Assembly (NCBI GenBank): GCA_964430885.1
Contig: CAYSHM010000004.1
Coordinates: 198,136-234,032 of the forward strand
Direction of reading: 5' to 3'
DNA: 35,897 nt
Origin: an uncultured archaeon
Lineage (GTDB): Archaea > Thermoplasmatota > Penumbrarchaeia > JASLWR01
Shown: positions 29,201 through 35,897 of the stretch, piece by piece
Position numbering within the stretch: the first letter of the stretch is position 1
Layout: each line of letters opens with the position of its first letter
Position numbers and translations under genes: made by a program
Notes under the pieces: model-generated
The model's input: the letters and a program-made list of their open reading frames with translations, nothing else
The model's database searches: none
What the model was told of the DNA's origin: nothing

Positions 29201-30221
29201 TACCATTACTCTTTTTATCACCGATGTTGACGGCAATACTGCTACGGATGATGTTATTGTTGATATTGCCAAGAAAAAAGAGGACAAAGGAGGTGGGCTG
29301 TTCAATGTGGGCGGAGGCAGTGGTGGTGGATTTGGATGGTGGTGGTGGATAATTATAATTGCCGTGGCAATACTACTTATTCTGATACTGATATTTGTAA
29401 TAATTATTGTCCGAAGAAAAAGGAAAAAAGAAGAAGAGCAGGCTCGGGAACCTGAACCCTTCAAACCGGCCCATCAGAAACCTGGTTATACTCCGGGGCC
29501 CAGGACTTCAGCTCCTGGTGGGTCTGTTCCTTATCCCGCACAGAACTTTCAAGCTCGGGGAGCTTCGCCTCAACAAGCTTCTCCAGGCCCCCAAACTCCC
29601 TTACCTCAGCCCCTAGCTCTGCCCGAGTTAACACCACTAGGCCCGGAACCTTCCAGTAGCCCGCAGCTCCCGCCTCCAGCTCCCGATGGTGCTCCTCAAT
29701 ATTCCCTTCCTGCATTCTCCACCCAAAACGGTGAACAGGATCTGAATAGAATGGCCCTGCCTCCAGCTCCTGATGAAAATCTCGATGATAATGCGGAAGG
29801 TGCAAAGGATGATGAGGAGACATTGAAGCCATTACCTCCTGAGCAGGAGGGGAAACTTGCCTCCCCGGAGGCTAAAATCCCACCAAAACCCACTCCGCCG
29901 GAATCTGCTGGCCCTGATAAACCCAAACCTCCTTCACCGGAAAAACCCAAGAAGGATTCCCTTGATGATGTTTTCGGAATGCTTGAGAACCTCGTCCCGG
30001 AAAAGAAAGAGGATGGGGTTAAATCCGCTCCTGAATCCAAACTTCCTGCCCCTCCTGAAAAACCATCTCTGCCCAAACCTCCTACACCCGAACCGAATGC
30101 TATGGAATTGAACCTGCAGTGTCATGAATGCGGAGGCGACTATATTGCAATGGTGGAGAAATTTCCGGTTCTGGTAACATGTCCACACTGTGGAGTGGAG
30201 GGAGAGATAGAGGGAATTTAA
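26262..30221 (+). CDS. Giant single-pass surface protein, paralog 1: NIDO-like head, Ig/FN3/PKD stalk, TM, Pro-rich tail, Zn ribbon
   Basis: Head FNFYDQTY...SNGYLAF...PLWDDL...FVVSW...TFQVIL; PKD-like FDGTGSADKDGD...GNHTITL; TM WWWWIIII...RRKRKK; C-terminal CHEC...CPHC. Confidence 0.85.
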   Translation: MMNSMPIKIISKSCCVIMVLSLLLISFISGHMIHSQNDIEAKIGEMKGKDPYLEQGKTRILEDYRENLNAQYSWIDITGTGSQLSLTDDDYQSINMGINFNFYDQTYTSVHICSNGYLAFVDNNNLWEYSNSPFPTVDHPFMISPLWDDLNPGNGGSIWYDTLSNPSRFVVSWEAVPHYPSDGSNTFQVILFEGSGIIKFQYQALHAGNSPTVGLNHGDNIHYNNPLNQNPATPSAMQFYLIIPPIPDNLGMPKEDLFYNTCFAGLPYNIGVALTTYEGLNDIDDLKLLMDYNTTNISIGFDGNNELFYKENDPSDMMALLNDCDYHNDGVDKWWLNFSIMFNFNFPHERPIDIKVISLGNCGMTETFTFSNVMQVENDFEFTGVPKMTGEFAGNIQEDDWVRGDEGITLEDLRVNYEGAESLFPDDDLFDVRLWDTQGNEWWDNGSSGRDVLINFTTRNVVDENEEINIKIVNIPGIGACQTNITFPLKVDGEAPSAPEEVLCHAYGRVTEYTNEPGINVSWDQVADNGSGLSGYYYSRHNYQGTPNGSFTELTEGMVRSMSEGWHEIFVWCEDNVGNIGLSNSAVLQVDLTDPMFSNSTPDDGIWHNSSKLDCSIEISDLGGTGVDGESIFYSLSTAGPNQFSAWIPVWVSESAEKITPSVKCSFEEGDDNYIKWRAMDVSENGFVESLPFNVKVDVSPIEFSEDITPSLNWFTQEEITIEITAGDDGGSKIDHSSIEVRFARSGLSGFGPWIKVNEGNITEAKNGECKISVAFMFSEGKDNHIQFRGTDGANNPKSESEVFDIKVDHSPVYFGEFELEDIDEPPEAEFTLEIFDDESGVNVDTIEYSISTEGSEDTDFGDWKKVAAMDIFPGTPVIVDMKEDLDWGRDNYIRFKADDNVAAGPVTSKVYRINITSTPEADILPLGAIHFKEGDVINFDGTGSADKDGDVITYRWESNLTGPLGNNSTIQVILEPGNHTITLFITDVDGNTATDDVIVDIAKKKEDKGGGLFNVGGGSGGGFGWWWWIIIIAVAILLILILIFVIIIVRRKRKKEEEQAREPEPFKPAHQKPGYTPGPRTSAPGGSVPYPAQNFQARGASPQQASPGPQTPLPQPLALPELTPLGPEPSSSPQLPPPAPDGAPQYSLPAFSTQNGEQDLNRMALPPAPDENLDDNAEGAKDDEETLKPLPPEQEGKLASPEAKIPPKPTPPESAGPDKPKPPSPEKPKKDSLDDVFGMLENLVPEKKEDGVKSAPESKLPAPPEKPSLPKPPTPEPNAMELNLQCHECGGDYIAMVEKFPVLVTCPHCGVEGEIEGI

Positions 30222-30313
30222 ATTGGTTGATAGGATACAACAGGATCTGAATGAAGTTGTTGTTCGGATTCAAAACCAAGAGCAGTCTATAGAACTCTTT
30301 TCTAGGTGAATCC

Positions 30314-33300
30314 ATGCTTTACAATAAGACAATCAGATTTTCCGGATCATTCCTAGCGGTGATTTTGTATATTGTTTTGTCATTCTTTATTTTAACAACC
30401 TCATTGACCCCTGTGGGATCTTTTTTCTTCTCGGATCGATATGCCAAGAAGGTAGAATCAGTTCAAACAGACCATACCGTAAATGTGCATGACACCCGTG
30501 CCCTCCAGCCCGATGTTCTTTATTATAGCTTCGAGGACGGTGGAGGCAACACTGTTACAGACATGTCTGCCGGCGGAGGCAACGACGGCACCCTTCAAGG
30601 GACCTCATTTACTAACGATGCCAAGTACGGCAGCTATGCTTTGAGCTGTCCGGCCGGCAACCAAAACCATCTGTCGGTCGGCGGCAACATCAACAACCTG
30701 CATATGCAGAGTGCATATACTTTCATGTGCTGGTTCAAGGGATCCCAGCCTGGAAGAAAAGGGGCCATGATGTTCGGAGACTGCTGTACCAATCGTAACG
30801 GGTACACCATGAACGTATACGCTAATGAGATCAGGTTCTGGGGTGGATCGGATGTCAATAATAATAACTACAACACCTATGCCAACAATATCAATGTTTA
30901 TGACAATAACTGGCACCATATCGCCATCAGGTGCAACAATGTAAATCTCCAGATCATTGTGGACGGAATAGTCCGCACGGCCAACGGGCAGCCGAATGTC
31001 CCCACATCTCCAGGGGCCGCACAGGGTTCCCACTGTGACACCGATCCGAGTTTGGGAGGGGATCCAATATCGGGAAATAACGAGGTCCATGCTCTGATAG
31101 ATGAGGCGGCAGTCTTCTCAAGGTATCTTTCCAACCAGGAGATACAGGAAGCAATGGAAGGACTAAGGCCAGTCCCGGTTCCCGAGAATGTAGTGGCGGA
31201 GGACACGGATAACGGAACCTGTTATGCACAATACAGACCTTACAGAATCAAACTTAATGTTACCTCGCCCAGGGAGCTGAACGATATTGCCGAGGTGCAG
31301 ATGTACCTGGACTACAACACCACAAATTCAACACTATGCTATAACTGGACCCGGGATGAGTTCTTTGAGCTTCAGGACGAGGACGGCCATGTGGACCTGA
31401 TAACCAACATGTGCGATGTTACCAATAACGGGATAGATAAGTGGTGGCTTAACTTTACCATAATGATCAACTTCAGTTTTCCCCATGAGGATTGGGTCGA
31501 CTGCTACGTGAATCTTACCGCCAATGACGGCGAGGTGTTCTCCAAGCGTTTCCCTTGGCTCTTTCATGTGGAGAATGATCTAGATTTTTCCGGGGTGCCG
31601 ACCTATACAGCTGAATATCAGGGAGTGCTGGATTCAGGATACTGGGTCAGGGGTAACGAGACAATCATCATAACGGGCCCTATAGTCCATTACCAGGGAG
31701 TACCTGACATTTATCCGGCCGATGATCTCTATGATGTGCGGCTGACCGACCAGGGGGGCGGTGTATGGTGGGACAATATGAGTCATGGGGAAGAGGTATG
31801 GATAGAGATCCAATCCCGAGACGTAGTAGATGAGAACGAGCTCCTGTACATAACAATAGTGAACATACCTGAAGAGGGCTTCTGCATAACCAATTTCTCT
31901 TTTTCCCTTAAGATAGATTCATCTCCGCCGCTGCCCCCTGCGTCCATATCGACCCATGCTTACGGCAAGACCTCTCCATTCACAAAGGATCCCAGTATCA
32001 ATCTTTCATGGCAGGAGGTACCGGACAATGCTTCCGGCCTTTTGGGTTATTATTACTCCAAATCCAACAATTCATATACTGATAACGGCACCTATACCGA
32101 TCTTACAGAGGGTGAGGTCAGGGGGCTTCACGAGGGCAGGAACGAGCTATTTGTTTGGTGTGAGGATAATGTGGGCAATATAGGTTCGGCTCGTTCTGTT
32201 AATATTCTGGTGGACCTTACGGGTCCTTCTTTCTCAAATTTCACCCCCTCGTCGGTCATTTGGCAGAACTTAACCACGCTTGACTGTTCGGTGGAGATAC
32301 AGGATCTCACAGGCACGGGAGTTGACGGTGGTAGTGTATTCTATTCGATATCCACGGCCGGCCCTAATACATTCAGTTCATGGGTTCCTGTATGGGTTCC
32401 TGACGGCGGGGAGCGTATAACGGTGGAAGCAAAATGCAAGTTCGAGGAGGGAACTGACAACTACATCAAATGGCGTGCGATGGATGCCGCAGAGAACGAT
32501 TTCACGGAATCCGAACCCCACAATATCATGATAGATGTTTCGCCAGTTGAATTCAGTGAGAAAATCGAACCTCAGAAGATTTGGTTTGACACCACACATA
32601 TCACCAGCACGGTCTCTGTTATGGATGAAGGCGGGAGCGGGGTTGATACCGAGACCCTGCAGGTCAGGTTCTCCCGTGATGGGGAGGCGTCGTTCAGCCC
32701 GTGGCTCCCCATAGCCCCGAAAAATGTGTCCCAGACCCGTGGTGACCAGGTGATCCTGAGTGCGACATTCGAGTATGAAGAGGGCAGCGGAAACCTGATA
32801 CAGTTCAGAGGGACAGACGTATCCGGGAACTCAATGGTATATTCAAAGAAGTTTGGAATTCAGATAGATATGACCCCTGTAGCCTTTTCGGATTTTGAGG
32901 TTTTCGAAAAGGAGGATCCGGAGGATGTTGAATGCGGAATATTCATCTGGGATGATCATTCGGGAGTTGATCTTAACAGTATAGAATATTCAGTATCCAC
33001 CGACGGGGACGACAACGATACTTTTGGAGATTGGGATAAGGTAGAGCCACATTTCATATTCCCTGGATACCCCGTGAGGATAGATTGCGATGTGGAATTG
33101 GATTGGGGCAGGGATAACTATGTCCGTTTCAGGGCCGATGATGTGATGGGGTCAGGGGAAATAATCTCCGACATATACCGGGTCAATATTACATCCGAAC
33201 CGCGGGCGGTGATAACCCTTCCAGCCGAAAAACGTCAGGAATATAACGTATCCGACATCATACTTTTCGACGGTTCCTCCTCATGGGACAGGGACGGTGA

Positions 33301-34519
33301 TGATCTTAGTTTCTACTGGGAATCCAATATCTCCGGCGGTATAGGTTTAAATTCAACCATTGAGATAAATCTCAGCAAAGGCAACCATACTATCACTCTT
33401 TATGTGTCTGATGCAGATGGCAACAACAGAACGGACCGGGTACTGGTGGATATAAAGGGTTTATCTGGTGAAGGAGGAAAAACAGGTGATGATGACGATG
33501 ATACCGGCGGCGGTATTGCCGATGCTGGTGGTGGAGGCGGGATATGCTGGTGGTGGATAATCGTATTGATAGCGGTATTGCTGCTGCTATTTCTTATACT
33601 GTTGCTGGTGATCAGGAGACGGAAAAAACGGGAGGAAGAGGAGGAAAAACAGCGTCTATTGGCCGAAAGACAGAGGCGGCTGCAGACCCAGGCCGCCCGA
33701 AGGGCTTATACACCTCCCGCAGGTCCGGCGGTCGGCACCTATGTTCAGCCTGGAACTCAGTCCTACCCCCCTGCAAGCGGTGTAAGATACAATGTCCAGT
33801 TCCAGAGACCTGTGCCCCCGGCACCCACACCAGGATATGTATCAAATGCACCTTCACTGCCTGCACCACCAGTACAGCGCCCGGCACTGCCGCAGTATTT
33901 TCCGGCACCAGTCCCTGCAGCTTCAAGAGCGCAGGATGAACTCCTTAAAGCACTGCCGTCTCCGCCGGATGCACCTGAAGCGCCCCAGTACCAGCTACCT
34001 ACTTTCTCTACGGACGAGGGAGAGCAGGACCTGAACTTAATGGCACTTCCACCAGCCCCGGATGATTCAGTAGGTTCCGAAGATGTCAAGGACGCACCAG
34101 ATTTGCAGGAAAAATATATTCCTCCGGCCCCTGGTTCTCCACCTCCCAGTACAGAGGACAAGGTAGAGGAGAAGAAATATATAGAAGGTGAGAAAAAGGA
34201 CAGGGACATATCAATAGATTCAGTTTTCGGGGTGCTTGACAGTCTGGTCTCTGAACCAAGGGATTTACCGTCTCCAGAAGAAGATAGGCTCCCTGCCCCT
34301 TCAATATCTCCTGAAGAACCTACCCCTCCGGCCGATCTCCCCTCTCTCCCCACCCCGCATGATGCCTCTTCAGGGCTTGCCGCTGACGGTTTGGAACCCC
34401 GAGAGATCTCCCTGCAGTGTCATTCCTGCGGCAGGGAATATCCGTCTCTTGTGACCGATCTACCTGCAATTGTCACCTGCATATACTGTGGAGAAAAAGG
34501 ACAGATCGGCTCCCTTTAG
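30314..34519 (+). CDS. Giant single-pass surface protein, paralog 2: LamG-like head, same stalk/TM/tail/Zn ribbon
   Basis: AGGTGA RBS; head YYSFEDG...YTFMCWFK...WHHIA...VDG...IDEAAVFSRYLS; stalk colinear with paralog 1; C-terminal CHSC...CIYC. Confidence 0.87.
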   Translation: MLYNKTIRFSGSFLAVILYIVLSFFILTTSLTPVGSFFFSDRYAKKVESVQTDHTVNVHDTRALQPDVLYYSFEDGGGNTVTDMSAGGGNDGTLQGTSFTNDAKYGSYALSCPAGNQNHLSVGGNINNLHMQSAYTFMCWFKGSQPGRKGAMMFGDCCTNRNGYTMNVYANEIRFWGGSDVNNNNYNTYANNINVYDNNWHHIAIRCNNVNLQIIVDGIVRTANGQPNVPTSPGAAQGSHCDTDPSLGGDPISGNNEVHALIDEAAVFSRYLSNQEIQEAMEGLRPVPVPENVVAEDTDNGTCYAQYRPYRIKLNVTSPRELNDIAEVQMYLDYNTTNSTLCYNWTRDEFFELQDEDGHVDLITNMCDVTNNGIDKWWLNFTIMINFSFPHEDWVDCYVNLTANDGEVFSKRFPWLFHVENDLDFSGVPTYTAEYQGVLDSGYWVRGNETIIITGPIVHYQGVPDIYPADDLYDVRLTDQGGGVWWDNMSHGEEVWIEIQSRDVVDENELLYITIVNIPEEGFCITNFSFSLKIDSSPPLPPASISTHAYGKTSPFTKDPSINLSWQEVPDNASGLLGYYYSKSNNSYTDNGTYTDLTEGEVRGLHEGRNELFVWCEDNVGNIGSARSVNILVDLTGPSFSNFTPSSVIWQNLTTLDCSVEIQDLTGTGVDGGSVFYSISTAGPNTFSSWVPVWVPDGGERITVEAKCKFEEGTDNYIKWRAMDAAENDFTESEPHNIMIDVSPVEFSEKIEPQKIWFDTTHITSTVSVMDEGGSGVDTETLQVRFSRDGEASFSPWLPIAPKNVSQTRGDQVILSATFEYEEGSGNLIQFRGTDVSGNSMVYSKKFGIQIDMTPVAFSDFEVFEKEDPEDVECGIFIWDDHSGVDLNSIEYSVSTDGDDNDTFGDWDKVEPHFIFPGYPVRIDCDVELDWGRDNYVRFRADDVMGSGEIISDIYRVNITSEPRAVITLPAEKRQEYNVSDIILFDGSSSWDRDGDDLSFYWESNISGGIGLNSTIEINLSKGNHTITLYVSDADGNNRTDRVLVDIKGLSGEGGKTGDDDDDTGGGIADAGGGGGICWWWIIVLIAVLLLLFLILLLVIRRRKKREEEEEKQRLLAERQRRLQTQAARRAYTPPAGPAVGTYVQPGTQSYPPASGVRYNVQFQRPVPPAPTPGYVSNAPSLPAPPVQRPALPQYFPAPVPAASRAQDELLKALPSPPDAPEAPQYQLPTFSTDEGEQDLNLMALPPAPDDSVGSEDVKDAPDLQEKYIPPAPGSPPPSTEDKVEEKKYIEGEKKDRDISIDSVFGVLDSLVSEPRDLPSPEEDRLPAPSISPEEPTPPADLPSLPTPHDASSGLAADGLEPREISLQCHSCGREYPSLVTDLPAIVTCIYCGEKGQIGSL

Positions 34520-34693
34520 GCTATGACCAATAGGACTGATGGTTCCCAGATTCTTGAAACTCCTTCTTCCAGTCCTATGCATTTGTTGGTTTTCTATTTA
34601 TATTTCAGAAAATTATTAAATAAATTGTGAACAATAATAATAGGAAGAAATAACAATGTAATGATCTCATTGATATCAAATGGTGGGCCGCCT

Positions 34694-35897
34694 ATGAAAA
34701 AAAAATATTTGTTTCTGATAACAATATCGATCACGATGTTGTTCCTTATGCCGGGTTTATTTTCAGATATTTCCCGTAAAAGCGATATCAAGGTTGATGA
34801 GGTAGGACCGGTCCAAGAAGATAAGTCTGACCCGATGGGGGAAAAACGAGGGACCCTTCATCCCTTCAGCGGCGGCTGGGTTGCCATCACTTCCGGCGGT
34901 GTTGAGAGATATTATGACCGTACACCCCGCAGGGACCAGCAGCATACCAGTGCCTGGTATTATAATGACGCTATAAGCAAGAACGGTAATATTCCCACAT
35001 ACCAGCAGATGATAGACTGGATGCAGAACTGGGGCTGCCAGAATGTAGGCGGGAGTGCGGATATGACATACCTTAATCGGGAGAATCCCCTTGATCTCAG
35101 ATGGACTGACCGCCCCTGCTGTTCATGCGAGGGCGATATCACCGAGAACTCACCCCCCAGGACCAGCGGCAACGGTGGTATTATCTACGGATGGGACACT
35201 CTCTACGCGACCTGTATAATGTCAGAGGCCGCAGAGCTCCGGACCGATGAGGGAGATGATCTTGTATGCTATGCCAGGTACAAACCCTACACCCTCAGGG
35301 TCAAGGTGAACACCATTGACGATCTGAACGATGCGGAGGAGGTCAAGGTATACTTGGATTATAACACCACCAATGCAAGCTTCTGCTACAACTGGGGGAA
35401 TGAGACCTTCTACAAGATGCAGGATCCCGACAACCATGTGGAGCTCCTTGTCAACGAGTGCGAGATATCCAATGATAATTCGGAATTCTGGTTTCTGGAT
35501 TTCACCTTCATAATCGATTTTGCCTTCCCCCACGAAGAGTTGGTGGATTGCTTTATAGACACCCAGGCCAAGAACGGGGATGATTCCAGGGATTTTTTCC
35601 CTTGGTTGTTCAGGGTGGAGAAGGACGTTTCATTCTCGGGTTTTCCCCTTGCCGAGGGTGAGTTCCAGGGTTCTCTCCTTGAGAACCGATGGGTCAGGGG
35701 GAATGAGGGGATTCGGTTCGACAATCTGACGGTCAATTACCAGGGGGCACCGGAAAAGTTTCCTGAAGATGATTACTTCGATGTTAAGATCACCGACACC
35801 CTGGGCAACACTTGGTGGGACAATGTATCTTCAGGTCAGCCTATGGTCATTGATGTGGAGACAATGAACATCACAAATGAGGAAGAGGAATATACCA
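34694..35897 (+). CDS. Giant surface protein, paralog 3 (truncated by window end), different Cys-rich head
   Basis: Not in the ORF track. My translation is open for 401 codons: MKKKYLFLITISITMLFLMPGLFS...CYARYKPY...YLDYNTTN...FPHEE...WVRGNE...DDYFDV...WWDN, the same stalk motifs as paralogs 1 and 2. Confidence 0.88.
   Translation, partial: MKKKYLFLITISITMLFLMPGLFSDISRKSDIKVDEVGPVQEDKSDPMGEKRGTLHPFSGGWVAITSGGVERYYDRTPRRDQQHTSAWYYNDAISKNGNIPTYQQMIDWMQNWGCQNVGGSADMTYLNRENPLDLRWTDRPCCSCEGDITENSPPRTSGNGGIIYGWDTLYATCIMSEAAELRTDEGDDLVCYARYKPYTLRVKVNTIDDLNDAEEVKVYLDYNTTNASFCYNWGNETFYKMQDPDNHVELLVNECEISNDNSEFWFLDFTFIIDFAFPHEELVDCFIDTQAKNGDDSRDFFPWLFRVEKDVSFSGFPLAEGEFQGSLLENRWVRGNEGIRFDNLTVNYQGAPEKFPEDDYFDVKITDTLGNTWWDNVSSGQPMVIDVETMNITNEEEEYT

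Noticed and set aside
30850-30915. AAC/AAT-rich stretch in the LamG head suggesting a diversity-generating retroelement template
   Set aside because: No reverse transcriptase and no near-identical partner repeat differing at adenines was seen in the window; it simply encodes an Asn-rich loop.
29696-34353. Gly/Ser-rich antisense ORFs (29696..30076, 33763..34353)
   Set aside because: Mirror images of the Pro/Glu-rich tails; low complexity suppresses stop codons.

Overview
Archaeal chromosomal segment, most likely Thermoplasmatota (inferred from AGGTGA/GGAGG ribosome-binding sites, TATA-like boxes, a DUF5611-like gene and the style of the surface proteins). The left half holds metabolic genes, several of bacterial type: YbjN-like, DUF2156/MprF-C-like transferase, an alpha-glucan/glycogen cluster (malQ, GH57-DUF3536, glgB, divergent glgP), a membrane metzincin, znuACB, asnA and rsgA. 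The right half is a cell-surface locus. It contains a non-catalytic repeat-rich DOMON/Ig/TSP3 protein, a gingipain-like C25 protein and a membrane-anchored M14 carboxypeptidase. These are followed by a tandem array of at least three paralogous giant single-pass membrane proteins; the third is truncated and missing from the ORF track. The paralogs share a stalk but have unrelated N-terminal heads (NIDO-like, LamG-like, possible C-type-lectin-like). The two complete copies also share a Pro-rich cytoplasmic tail with conserved short motifs and a terminal Zn ribbon. This modular receptor/adhesin family and its possible processing proteases are the best candidate for an undescribed system. I saw no rRNA, tRNA, CRISPR array, transposase or reverse transcriptase. 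All family calls come from motif recognition by eye, not database searches.
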